A stretch of 64,000 nt of DNA, taken from positions 315,878 through 379,877 of the forward strand of contig CAVRKE010000002.1 in the NCBI GenBank assembly GCA_963722305.1. The letters are read 5' to 3'. This document shows positions 36,033 to 45,527 of the stretch, piece after piece. The position numbers were made by a program, and so were the translations under genes. The notes below the pieces were generated by a model, which was given only the letters and a program-made list of their open reading frames with translations, was not told the origin of the DNA and made no database searches. Within the stretch, counting starts at the first letter, position 1, and every line of letters begins with the position of its first letter. The stretch comes from Candidatus Levyibacteriota bacterium. Lineage in GTDB: Bacteria > Patescibacteriota > Microgenomatia > Levybacterales > UBA12049.

Positions 36033-36448
36033 TTTATCTTAAATTTATTAATGTTAAGGTATACGGCTAATAAAAATACCAACAGCATTACCAACTGGCA
36101 AGTCAGACAGACCGGGCAAATGACTCTTAGACGGAATAATTCCTGGTAAGTCAAAGATAAGCAAAAACACATTCCGAAAATTGCCATAAAAAGCACGGTT
36201 TTCTGCTTTTTGTAAATTGAGGAGAGCAAAATAACAATATATCCCGTCAGTCCAACTAAAGAAACGGGAATTCCAAAAAGGGTTGATAAAGAGCCTTTCG
36301 TTACTGCATCACAATTTATGTGGCTGTTAAAGTAGCAAGACTCAACCAGAGGTTTGGTGAGAAAATTATAGAAAAGATAGCTAGCGAGCAGTATTCCCAA
36401 AACCGACAAAACAATTAAGGCTTTCCAAATATGATCTTTAACAAACAT
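36029..36448 (-). CDS. Vitamin K epoxide reductase (VKOR)-like thiol-disulfide oxidoreductase
   Basis: 139 aa, 4 TM. Loop cysteine pair (CYFNSHINC) and an in-membrane CPVC (CXXC) motif. Confidence 0.55.
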   Translation of the reverse strand: MFVKDHIWKALIVLSVLGILLASYLFYNFLTKPLVESCYFNSHINCDAVTKGSLSTLFGIPVSLVGLTGYIVILLSSIYKKQKTVLFMAIFGMCFCLSLTYQELFRLRVICPVCLTCQLVMLLVFLLAVYLNINKFKIK

Positions 36449-36558
36449 ATACTATATACTTAATACTTATAATATCACTTTTAGGAAAACCCATTTATTT
36501 TGCCTCACCACAAAAAATAAATCCTGAAGCCAAGCACTAGAATTACCGATTGAAGAAC

Positions 36559-36699
36559 CTATTTAGTAACCATTAGCACATAAAGAAAAACCAGTACGCC
36601 AACTGCAAAGATTGGCAGTAACCAGGTTAAATTCTTATGGCTGTCAAACAAGCTCTGGTAGCTTGGTTTTTTGGGCTTAGCCCTTTTTTTAGTTGCCAT
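36559..36699 (-). CDS. Possible small single-TM protein (46 aa, MATKKRAKPKKPSYQSLFDSHKNLTWLLPIFAVGVLVFLYVLMVTK). Below the ORF-track cutoff
   Basis: Open frame found by manual reading in an otherwise ORF-free region. Basic N-terminus plus hydrophobic helix looks protein-like, but there is no other support. Confidence 0.25.
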   Translation of the reverse strand: MATKKRAKPKKPSYQSLFDSHKNLTWLLPIFAVGVLVFLYVLMVTK

Positions 36700-36846
36700 G
36701 AATAAATCATGTCAGATAAAAAAAATGTTGTCAAGTGGTTTGTGATAACCAAGCGTAAAGAAAATTCAAATTTGAAGACTAACCCTTGCCATCTACTACT
36801 CAAAGGTAATTGCCTGCTTAAAACTCTAATTCATCCTTCCTGCAAG

Positions 36847-36992
36847 ACTACGCCTCAGTTCATGCCGAGCTAATCCTTAGCCTCGCTGCTTGCTATTTTT
36901 TTTGGGGGAAAAATGACATTATCCGCCTTCTCTCTCCTTAACCTAAAACTATCTTAATCCTGTCTGGCTAGAGCATGAACTGGGCGTAGTAT
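36847..36992. repeat. 19-bp imperfect inverted repeat (actacgcctcagttcatgc ... gcatgaactgggcgtagt) enclosing 107 bp. Candidate structured ncRNA or MITE-like relic
   Basis: Seen in sequence. 18/19 matches with one unpaired T. The interior contains a T8-G5-A5 homopolymer run. Confidence 0.5.
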
Positions 36993-37309
36993 AGTTTGCT
37001 TATATTTCCAAGAGCATTTTTTAATCTTAACGCTATTTCCGATAATTTCTTTCTCATGATTATCAACTCCCTTCTATTACTATTTTGCCACTGTAATGTT
37101 TATATAACACTAGATATAGAGCTTTCAGTAAGTAAAAACACTAAATAAGCGTATTGCAAATTACAAATGACCAACAGTCCTAAAAGGAATCTCAATCCTA
37201 TATACATTTCTGTCTTGACATTAAGAGATAGATATTGTCTACTAGAAATAGAGGTTATCTTTTGCCCTAGTTTAATTATGTGTAAAACACACAAGGATAA
37301 TCTATATAA

Positions 37310-39139
37310 ATGATTAAATTTATCGGTACCGCCCAACAGGATAATAAAGCACTTCTCTACTACGGCCAAAACGAAAATGGCAATCAATTCTTCAAATTCT
37401 CCACCAGCCCAGACGGAATTAAATTTACTGGAGAATCTAAGTACGCGTTTATATTTGACCAGATGCAACACGAAGAGCAGGATTATGATTGGAAAAGACT
37501 AAGACTCGCAAAACTGGGATCCGAATACTTAATCACTTACAAACTGAATTCAAAAACCAATTCCAGTGTCTTTGCTGCAACTTCAACCGATTTACTGCGC
37601 TGGCAAAAGATTGGAGAAATCGACAAAATCAAAGAAACAGCCACAATTGTTTCCGATTTTAGATATAAAGACCAATATGTGATGTATTTTGGCGAAAAAA
37701 ACATCAATATGGCAGTTTCACCTGATCTAAGAACCTGGATAGTTGATAAAAAAACCGTGCTCGAACCACGCAGCGATCATTTTGATAACCAAAATCTTGA
37801 GGTTGGTAATGTTTACGAGATTAATGGATTAATATTGTTAACTTATTACGTAAAAAAACCGGTTGGTAAATTGACTCATTATGCTGTCGGAGCAGCCTTT
37901 TTTGATAAAACAAACCCTGCCAAATGTCTCTGGCGGTCGGAAAATCCTATTTGGGAAAGTCCGCTTGAATTTAGCCAGCTGGAGATTACTCCTCTTGGCA
38001 GTGTAGTTTTAAATAATGAGCTTATTCTTCATTGGCTGATTGGAGATAGTCATATTTTTGCCGTTTCCTGCCAATTACCTGCACTAGATGATGCTAAATA
38101 CAATAAAGTATTTTCAAACTTGGTTAAAAAGCACAAAAACAATCCGATTATTACTCCGCGGCCGGACAGACCCTGGGAATCACGGGCAACCTTTAACAGT
38201 GCGGCAATTTATGAAGACGGAAAAGTCCATTTTCTCTATCGGGCACTTGGCGATAAAGATTTATCCGTTTTGGGCTATGCTTCAAGCAGTGACGGAGTAA
38301 CCATTGAAGAAAGATCGGAAGAACCGGCTTATATCCCCCGCGAACCGTTTGAAACACCGGGCAATAATGCTTTCAATACCTTTGCCGAACATTTTGCATC
38401 TGGCGGCGGATATGGCGGTATTGAGGACCCGAGAATTACCAAGATAGATAATAAGATTTACCTTACTTACGTGGCTTTTGACGGAACAAACCATCCAAGA
38501 GTGGCTATGTCCTCTATTGGTATCGAAGATTTTTTAGGAAAACAGTGGGATAAATGGAAGAAACCAAAGCTTATTTCTGCTCCCGGAATGATTAATAAGA
38601 GTGCTGTTATTTTGCCTAAAAAAGTCAATGGCAAATATGTTGTTTTCCACCGGGTTTATCCCAATATTTTAGTTGATTTTCTTGACGATTTGGAGTTCAG
38701 TAGCTATCTACAAGGCCATTATTTTATTCCTCCCCGAAAAAATTATTGGGACAGCAAAAAAGTCGGTGCGGGAGCACCGCCGATGGAAACCAAAGACGGC
38801 TGGCTGATGATCTACCAATCGGTTGGCTATCAAGACCCCAGCCGCTACAAAATTGGGGCAATGATGCTTGATAAAAATAACCCTGCAAAAGTTTTATACA
38901 GAACCCACACTCCGATTATCGAACCGGACGAGGCTTATGAAAATGAGGGTTTTAAAAGAGGCGTTGTCTATCCTTGCGGAGCAGTGATTATGAACAATCA
39001 ATTAAATGTCTATTACGGTGGCGCAGATACAGTCCTTTGCGCAGCCACTACACCTTTGGATGAATTCCTGGGCGCAATGAAACGCCATCAGGAACCAAAA
39101 CTTACAAAAGTTGCAAGCCCGCAATTTAACTTGAATTAA
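37310..39139 (+). CDS. Two-domain GH130-like protein (beta-mannoside phosphorylase/glycosidase family). Divergent N-terminal beta-propeller-like half plus canonical C-terminal GH130 domain
   Basis: C-terminal half carries GIEDPRITKID and YYGGADTV, the GH130 hallmark motifs. The N-terminal half has the same periodicity but degenerate motifs. Confidence 0.7.
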   Translation: MIKFIGTAQQDNKALLYYGQNENGNQFFKFSTSPDGIKFTGESKYAFIFDQMQHEEQDYDWKRLRLAKLGSEYLITYKLNSKTNSSVFAATSTDLLRWQKIGEIDKIKETATIVSDFRYKDQYVMYFGEKNINMAVSPDLRTWIVDKKTVLEPRSDHFDNQNLEVGNVYEINGLILLTYYVKKPVGKLTHYAVGAAFFDKTNPAKCLWRSENPIWESPLEFSQLEITPLGSVVLNNELILHWLIGDSHIFAVSCQLPALDDAKYNKVFSNLVKKHKNNPIITPRPDRPWESRATFNSAAIYEDGKVHFLYRALGDKDLSVLGYASSSDGVTIEERSEEPAYIPREPFETPGNNAFNTFAEHFASGGGYGGIEDPRITKIDNKIYLTYVAFDGTNHPRVAMSSIGIEDFLGKQWDKWKKPKLISAPGMINKSAVILPKKVNGKYVVFHRVYPNILVDFLDDLEFSSYLQGHYFIPPRKNYWDSKKVGAGAPPMETKDGWLMIYQSVGYQDPSRYKIGAMMLDKNNPAKVLYRTHTPIIEPDEAYENEGFKRGVVYPCGAVIMNNQLNVYYGGADTVLCAATTPLDEFLGAMKRHQEPKLTKVASPQFNLN

Positions 39140-39149
39140 GGCTAGTAAA

Positions 39150-41087
39150 ATGATCACACTAACGCGCGTCCCGGAAAATCCGATACTTACACCGCATAGC
39201 GAACATGACTGGGAGCATGACGGCTCATTTAATGGTTGTGTTGCCTATGCTAACGGCGCCTATCACATGGTTTATCGTGCTCTCTCCTACCCCAAGGAGC
39301 AAAACGGTGTCAACATGCAGGTTTCCTCCGTCGGCTATGCCAAAAGTGAAGATGGAATACATTTTGTCGACCACAGGCCAATCATTTTTCCGACAGAAGA
39401 TTGGGAAATTTACGGTTGTGAGGACCCAAGAATTACCTACATGGACGGAAGATTTTATATTTTTTATACTGCCCTTTCTGAGTTTCCCTTTAAACCACAT
39501 GGGATTAAGTTGGGACTGGCGGTAACTCGTGATTTTGAAGCTTTTGAAAAACACCCGGTTACCACCTTTAATTCAAAAGCCATGGCACTGTTTCCGGACA
39601 AAGTTAACGGTAAAATGACAGCGCTTTTAACCATGCATACGGATTTACCGCCGGCTAAAATTGCTCTGGCACAGTTTGACAGTCAGGAAGATATTTGGTC
39701 ACCGGTCTTTTGGACCCACTGGTATGATGATGCCAATACTCATATTATTAATCTACTGCGTGATATCCGTGACCAGGTTGAGTTGGGAGCCCCACCAATC
39801 AAAACCAACCGCGGTTGGCTGGTAATCTACTCTTACATTAAAAATTACATGTCAAACAATAAATCGTTTGGGATTGAGGCTATGCTTTTAGACGGCGACA
39901 ATCCGCGTAAAGTCATCGGCAGGACGGAAGGACCGCTTTTAATTCCCCAGGATAAATATGAGCTTGAAGGAAATGTACCAAACGTTGTTTTCCCATCCGG
40001 CGCGTTAGTTAAAGACGACGAGTTGTTTGTTTATTATGGCGCCGCGGATACCAACTGCGCTGTCGCAACTTGTGAACTTGAGGTACTGCTTGACGATCTA
40101 AAACCGGTCACAAATTCCGTTTCTACCAGTTTTGCTTTACCCGATACCGATAAGTTTGTCCGGTTTGAAGGAAATCCTATTATCACACCTATTTTGGAAT
40201 TGGATTGGCAAAAAAAGGGCACTTTTAATCCTGCCGCAGTTTACGCAAACGGAAGAGTCCATTTGGTTTACCGCTCCCAAAGCGCCGAAGGGACCTCCGT
40301 TTTAGGTTATGCTTCCAGCAAAGACGGTGTCACCATTGATGAAAGGTTAGATTATCCCATCTATACTCCCAGGGAAGATTTTGAGATGAAAATCAATCAG
40401 AAAGGTAATTCCGGCTGCGAAGATCCAAGAATTACAAAAATTAACGACCGTTATTTTATGACCTATACTGCTTACGACGGAGTTAATCCGCCAAGAGTGG
40501 CTTTAACTTCAATCTCTATTAATGATTTCTTAAATAAAAATTGGAATTGGGAAAAAGCAAAACTTATTTCTCCGCCGGGGGTCGATGATAAAGATTCTTG
40601 TATCGTCAAAAGAGTCAGAGGGGACGGTTATATTGCTTTCCATCGCTTAGGAGACGTTATCTGGATGGATAAATTAAGAGACCTGGATTTTCCGGAAAAG
40701 AAATTTTTATCCGGCGGGATTATCGCTCAACCCAGAAAAGACAAATGGGATAATGTAAAAGTCGGCATTGCCAGCCCGCCGATTGAGTCGGAACACGGTT
40801 GGATTCTTTTATACCATGCCGTTTCTAACCCGGGATTTCTTTATAAAGTTGGGGCAATGCTTTTGGATTATGATGATCCCAAAAACATACTCGCCCGCAC
40901 CAATGAACCGGTTTTTGAACCGGAAAAACCATATGAATTAAAAGGCAATGTGCCAAATGTTGTTTTCCCATGCGGCACTGTTACCATTGACGAAACCATT
41001 TATATGTATTATGGCGGTGCAGATAAGGTCATCGGCGTTGCCACCATGCCACTTCAGACACTGGTTGAAATTCTGCTTGGAAGATAA
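39150..41087 (+). CDS. Tandem-duplicated GH130 protein (two complete GH130 domains in one 645-aa polypeptide)
   Basis: Domain 1: GCEDPRITYMDGRFY ... VYYGAADTNCAV. Domain 2: GCEDPRITKINDRYF ... YYGGADKVIGVA. Confidence 0.75.
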   Translation: MITLTRVPENPILTPHSEHDWEHDGSFNGCVAYANGAYHMVYRALSYPKEQNGVNMQVSSVGYAKSEDGIHFVDHRPIIFPTEDWEIYGCEDPRITYMDGRFYIFYTALSEFPFKPHGIKLGLAVTRDFEAFEKHPVTTFNSKAMALFPDKVNGKMTALLTMHTDLPPAKIALAQFDSQEDIWSPVFWTHWYDDANTHIINLLRDIRDQVELGAPPIKTNRGWLVIYSYIKNYMSNNKSFGIEAMLLDGDNPRKVIGRTEGPLLIPQDKYELEGNVPNVVFPSGALVKDDELFVYYGAADTNCAVATCELEVLLDDLKPVTNSVSTSFALPDTDKFVRFEGNPIITPILELDWQKKGTFNPAAVYANGRVHLVYRSQSAEGTSVLGYASSKDGVTIDERLDYPIYTPREDFEMKINQKGNSGCEDPRITKINDRYFMTYTAYDGVNPPRVALTSISINDFLNKNWNWEKAKLISPPGVDDKDSCIVKRVRGDGYIAFHRLGDVIWMDKLRDLDFPEKKFLSGGIIAQPRKDKWDNVKVGIASPPIESEHGWILLYHAVSNPGFLYKVGAMLLDYDDPKNILARTNEPVFEPEKPYELKGNVPNVVFPCGTVTIDETIYMYYGGADKVIGVATMPLQTLVEILLGR

Positions 41088-41128
41088 CCCCTATCTTTTA
41101 TTAATTGAGGTATAATTAGAATAACTGT

Positions 41129-41950
41129 ATGTTTTCCTTCCGAACAAAAATCATTATCTTAAGCATTCTCTTTTGTATTTCTCTAACCATCACCAAAACT
41201 GTATTTGCGCAAACGCCAACGGCAGCACAAAACACTTCAACAGCCGTTGAAGGAGCAGCAACTTTAGGTGTGGCCCATATCGTTGAAGTTGCGAATAACA
41301 ATATTCCGGACGGAAGTATTCTTTCTTCTTCAAAACAAGGCGCCGTACTGTCGACCATTCCCTATGATTCCCAAGTTTTAGGCATTGTTTCACGGGATGC
41401 GGCAATTATTTTAGATACTACCGGAGAAAAAAACGGTGTCCCCGTTATTTCGGTCGGCACAGTTTATATTTTGGTATCAACCCAACAAGGTTCGATTAAA
41501 AAGGGTGACACTCTGACTACCTCAACCATTCCCGGGGTGGCTGTCAAAGCGGTTAAGGACGGTTATGTTTTAGGCGAAGCTTTGGAAGATTATACAAACC
41601 CAAATATCAAACAAGTTGATAAAATGGCTGTTAATCTTGAGCTCCATTATTTTAACTCGAAACCAACCTTAGCCGGAACTTTATCGGATATTCTGAAACT
41701 GGTCGTTTTACCAACCCAAGAAGGACCCGGCCCAATCTTTAAATACCTGGTGGCGGCAGGGGTTGTACTGGCATCCCTTGCTCTAGGATTTCTAAGTTTT
41801 GGGCGAACAGCTGCCAAAGGCGTTGAGGCACTGGGAAGAAATCCGGCGGCAGGCAGAATTATTCAATTGGGAATTATTTTTAATGTTACTATCGTGGTGG
41901 TAATAGTTGCAGCCGGTTTAATTATCGGATTTTTAATTTTGCGGCTCTAA
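41129..41950 (+). CDS. Secreted protein with a C-terminal two-helix membrane hairpin
   Basis: Signal peptide ending TVFA-QT, then a ~200-aa soluble domain. C-terminal ...LASLALGFLSFGRTAAKGVEALGRNPAAGRIIQLGIIFNVTIVVVIVAAGLIIGFLILRL. Confidence 0.5.
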   Translation: MFSFRTKIIILSILFCISLTITKTVFAQTPTAAQNTSTAVEGAATLGVAHIVEVANNNIPDGSILSSSKQGAVLSTIPYDSQVLGIVSRDAAIILDTTGEKNGVPVISVGTVYILVSTQQGSIKKGDTLTTSTIPGVAVKAVKDGYVLGEALEDYTNPNIKQVDKMAVNLELHYFNSKPTLAGTLSDILKLVVLPTQEGPGPIFKYLVAAGVVLASLALGFLSFGRTAAKGVEALGRNPAAGRIIQLGIIFNVTIVVVIVAAGLIIGFLILRL

Positions 41951-41971
41951 CTGCCCCCAAAAATTTAGGAC

Positions 41972-43681
41972 ATGAAGCGCGAAAAACCGTTAACTTTTCA
42001 AAGTATATTTTTCCCTTTCACTACTAAGAAGGCAATTATTTTTATTATCCTTATTGGATTTGTCGTCTACTTTAATAGTCTGTTTAACGGGTTTGCTATC
42101 GATGACCTGGGATTAATTGTAACCAATCCGAACGTTCACACAATTGCTTCTATACCGGATATCTTCCTAAACTATACCCGAACTCAACTGGGAAGTAATA
42201 GACCGCTGCCAAGCTCTATTTATGCAATATTGTATACCTTCTTTCAAACAAACACCTTTGCCTACCATCTGATTCAAATTATTTTACATATCTCCAATGC
42301 CGTCCTTATTTTTATTATCTTCAAAAAATTCTTAAAACAGGGACTGTCTTTCTTTTTGGCTGTGCTGTTTTTGGTTCATCCGATTAATGAAGAAACAGTC
42401 GTATATATAGCAAATTTGCAGGATGTTTTGTTTGTTTTCTGCGGATTATTGTCATTATATCTTTTGCAAATAAATTCTAGATTAAGACACGTCATTTTTG
42501 CCAATATTTTATTGCTGATGAGCCTATTTTCCAAAGAAACGGCAATCCTTTTTCTAGCCGTTACATCTCTCTATGTCTATTTTTATAAAAAGAGCCGCTT
42601 ACTGCTGCATGGATTGTTTATGTTAATTATAAGTGCTATTTATATTTGCTTTAGATTGATTTCCAATTCTTCCGTTTTACCGGATCAATATGTTCCGATT
42701 ATGAGAATGTCACTTCCGGAAAGAATGGTTAACATACCCGCTATAATTTTATATTACATACGGATCTTGCTTTTCCCTAAAGACATGGTTGCTCTTCATT
42801 CTTGGGTAATCAGAGAGATACAATTTTCCAATTTTTTTCTTCCATTAATCATTGACCTTCTATTTATTGCTACTTTATCTTTAATGTTTATCTATATTTA
42901 CAGAAAAGAAAAAGACAGAAAACCGGTTATATTTTTTTCTGTATGGTTTTTGTGCGGATTAGTTCTTACTCTACAATTCATTCCGCTTAACGTAACTGTT
43001 GCAGATCGCTATTTTTATTTTCCTCTTATCGGTCTTTTGGCAATTATCGGCTTATTCTATCAAGCGATTAAACCAAAAAGAATTGAAAAGGTATTTTTAG
43101 TAATGGCAGTGGCTCTTTTGCTTGTGCTTTCTTTAAGGACTATGGTGAGAAATTCAAATTGGAAAAATCAATCTATACTACTTGCCCATGACGAAAAATT
43201 AGCTAAAAATGACTATTTACAAGAACTATCCTTTGGCCTAAACCTTATAGAGCAGAATAAATATAACCAGGCTTTCCCCCACGTACAACAAGCTATAAAT
43301 CTTTACCCCCAAAGCTGGAAAGCCTGGACAACCTTAGGTGCGCTGTACTACATAAAAGGTAACTTTCCCCAAGCGGAAAATGCTTATTTTAAAGTTATCT
43401 CAATTAGAAATTATTCTGTCGCCTATGAGGACTTGGCGCTAATTTTAATAAAATACGATAATATTATTAAGGCCAGAGATTTTATTAGAAAAGCTGTCAA
43501 GCTTTACCCAAATAGTCAGAAACTGTGGTTTTACAGTATAGTAACCGAAAACAAAACCGGTAATTATGCAAAGGCTTTACAATCCGCTAAAAATTATTAT
43601 GAATTAACAAAGGATAAAGAAGGATTAATTATTTATTCTCATTTGGAGCAAAAACTGCCAATAGATATAGAATTAAGATAA
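41972..43681 (+). CDS. GT-C fold membrane glycosyltransferase + C-terminal TPR repeats (TMTC/PMT_2-TPR-like), paralog 1
   Basis: Conserved N-terminus LTFQSIFFPFTTKKAI, loop-1 DD motif (GFAIDDLGLI), ~11 TM, and TPR-like C-terminus (NLYPQSWKAWTTLGALYYIKGNFPQAENAY...). Confidence 0.7.
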   Translation: MKREKPLTFQSIFFPFTTKKAIIFIILIGFVVYFNSLFNGFAIDDLGLIVTNPNVHTIASIPDIFLNYTRTQLGSNRPLPSSIYAILYTFFQTNTFAYHLIQIILHISNAVLIFIIFKKFLKQGLSFFLAVLFLVHPINEETVVYIANLQDVLFVFCGLLSLYLLQINSRLRHVIFANILLLMSLFSKETAILFLAVTSLYVYFYKKSRLLLHGLFMLIISAIYICFRLISNSSVLPDQYVPIMRMSLPERMVNIPAIILYYIRILLFPKDMVALHSWVIREIQFSNFFLPLIIDLLFIATLSLMFIYIYRKEKDRKPVIFFSVWFLCGLVLTLQFIPLNVTVADRYFYFPLIGLLAIIGLFYQAIKPKRIEKVFLVMAVALLLVLSLRTMVRNSNWKNQSILLAHDEKLAKNDYLQELSFGLNLIEQNKYNQAFPHVQQAINLYPQSWKAWTTLGALYYIKGNFPQAENAYFKVISIRNYSVAYEDLALILIKYDNIIKARDFIRKAVKLYPNSQKLWFYSIVTENKTGNYAKALQSAKNYYELTKDKEGLIIYSHLEQKLPIDIELR

Positions 43682-43686
43682 TATTT

Positions 43687-45441
43687 ATGACAACCCAAGA
43701 TGACAACAAAGAGCAAGGATTAACTTTTAAGAGTTTATTCTTCCCTCTGACTACCAAAAAAATTGTCGCTATAATTACCGGCGTCGGGTTTTTGGTGTAC
43801 TTTAATATCCTCTTTAACGGTTTTGTCTGGGACGATTTGACTTATATCATCGGCAATACCGACTTAAAACCTTTTTACCTGTTGAAACTAATGGGCGGGA
43901 ACACTTTTAATTCAAGCGGCTATTACCGTCCGCTGCCGGCTATTTATTTTTCTATCCTTTATAACCTTTTTGATAACTCCGCTTTTTTCTATCACTTTAT
44001 CCAATTATCTTTGCATGTTGTTTGCGCTATTTTGCTGTTTTTTATTTTTAGGAAATTTTTCAAAAAGACCTTAGCCTTGGTTATTGCTCTTATTTTTCTT
44101 GTCCATCCGATTAACGTTGAATCTGTTGCCTATATCGGAGCTTCGCAGAGCGAGCTTTATTTTCTTTTTGGTGGACTGGCTTTTTACTTATGTCTTAAAG
44201 ACGTTTTGGAAAATAAAAAAATATTTTTTGTCCATATACTATTATTACTGGCGCTTTTGACTAAGGAAGTTTCAGTTTTATTCTTTTTTCTAATTTATTT
44301 TTACCGTTGGCTTTATAAAAAGGGGCTTTCAAAAATATTTTTCTTGTCTTCTGTGGTTACATTCTTTACTTATTTAAGTATCCGCTTTTGGGGATTGGGG
44401 GGAACCATTCTTGAAAAAATGCATCTTATTCCTATTTCGGAAATTTCTCTCTTGGCAAGAATAACAAATATTCCGATTATATTTTTTTATTATTTGAAAA
44501 CTTTCTTTTTACCCGTAACTTTAGTTATCGACCAAATCTGGACGATCAAAACAATCGATTTTGGGAATTTTTATTTTCCGCTTATTGTTGACGTATCTTT
44601 TTTAATTTTTATTTTTGCCGCTCTCTTTTATTTTATCCGTAAAAAGAATCCTGACTGGAAACCATTTTTATTTTTTATGATTTGGTACTTGCTAAGCATG
44701 AGCTTACTTTTGCAAATATTTCCCTTGGATATGACTGTTGCCGACCGTTGGTTTTATTTTCCGATGGTCGGGATTTTGGGGATGATGGGAATTTTAGCTA
44801 AGCAGGTTTTACCGCAAATTTTGAAAAAGTATTCGGTCTTGGCGTTAAGCGCGCTGATAGTGTTGTTGGTTGTTTTATCGCTTCGGACAATGATTAGAAA
44901 CGCCGACTGGTATAGCATATTTACGCTTTATTCAAAAGATACAACAGTTTATCCAAATTACGACCTGGAAGATTTTCTTGGTGCATATTTGGTTGGGTTA
45001 AAGGATTACCAGGGAGCAAAATATCATTTCGAAAAATCCGTGCAACTTCTTCCTCATGACACTAATATGTTTAATCTGGGCTCTGTTTATGAAACCCTTG
45101 GAGACTATAAGAAAGCAATGACTTATTATCAAGAAGCCCTTGACGTCAAGAACAAATACTCAATCCATACAGATGTCAGACGGGTTGCTTATATAGGCTT
45201 GGGAAGATTAATTCTTCTTCACGAACATCCGACAACCATTGTTCCTCAACTAAAAAATGCCACAGAAGAATTTCCAAGCAATGGCACATTTTGGGCATAC
45301 CTGGCAATTAATCAATATTTTGCAAATCAAGACAAACAAGCCTTAATTTCCGCCAAGAAAGCAATAACTTTATTCCCGAATGAGTATACCAATCAACTTT
45401 ATCAAAAAATTTTGCATAAACAAGCACTAATGCTGCAATAG
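43687..45441 (+). CDS. GT-C + TPR membrane glycosyltransferase, paralog 2
   Basis: LTFKSLFFPLTTKK..., GFVWDDLTYI, C-terminal TPRs (LGSVYETLGDYKKAMTYYQEAL). Confidence 0.7.
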   Translation: MTTQDDNKEQGLTFKSLFFPLTTKKIVAIITGVGFLVYFNILFNGFVWDDLTYIIGNTDLKPFYLLKLMGGNTFNSSGYYRPLPAIYFSILYNLFDNSAFFYHFIQLSLHVVCAILLFFIFRKFFKKTLALVIALIFLVHPINVESVAYIGASQSELYFLFGGLAFYLCLKDVLENKKIFFVHILLLLALLTKEVSVLFFFLIYFYRWLYKKGLSKIFFLSSVVTFFTYLSIRFWGLGGTILEKMHLIPISEISLLARITNIPIIFFYYLKTFFLPVTLVIDQIWTIKTIDFGNFYFPLIVDVSFLIFIFAALFYFIRKKNPDWKPFLFFMIWYLLSMSLLLQIFPLDMTVADRWFYFPMVGILGMMGILAKQVLPQILKKYSVLALSALIVLLVVLSLRTMIRNADWYSIFTLYSKDTTVYPNYDLEDFLGAYLVGLKDYQGAKYHFEKSVQLLPHDTNMFNLGSVYETLGDYKKAMTYYQEALDVKNKYSIHTDVRRVAYIGLGRLILLHEHPTTIVPQLKNATEEFPSNGTFWAYLAINQYFANQDKQALISAKKAITLFPNEYTNQLYQKILHKQALMLQ

Positions 45442-45527
45442 TTAAATAATTTATGCATCACCGGAGTAATGATATTGCAATGATAGATTGTTTAAACTAA
45501 TATTTATACGCCCGGTGCCTTTTACAT

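Noticed and set aside
37100-37471. 123-aa minus-strand ORF overlapping the GH130 gene start
   Set aside because: Overlaps the AT-rich promoter region and the 5' end of a well-supported CDS. Hydrophobic low-complexity translation. No independent support.
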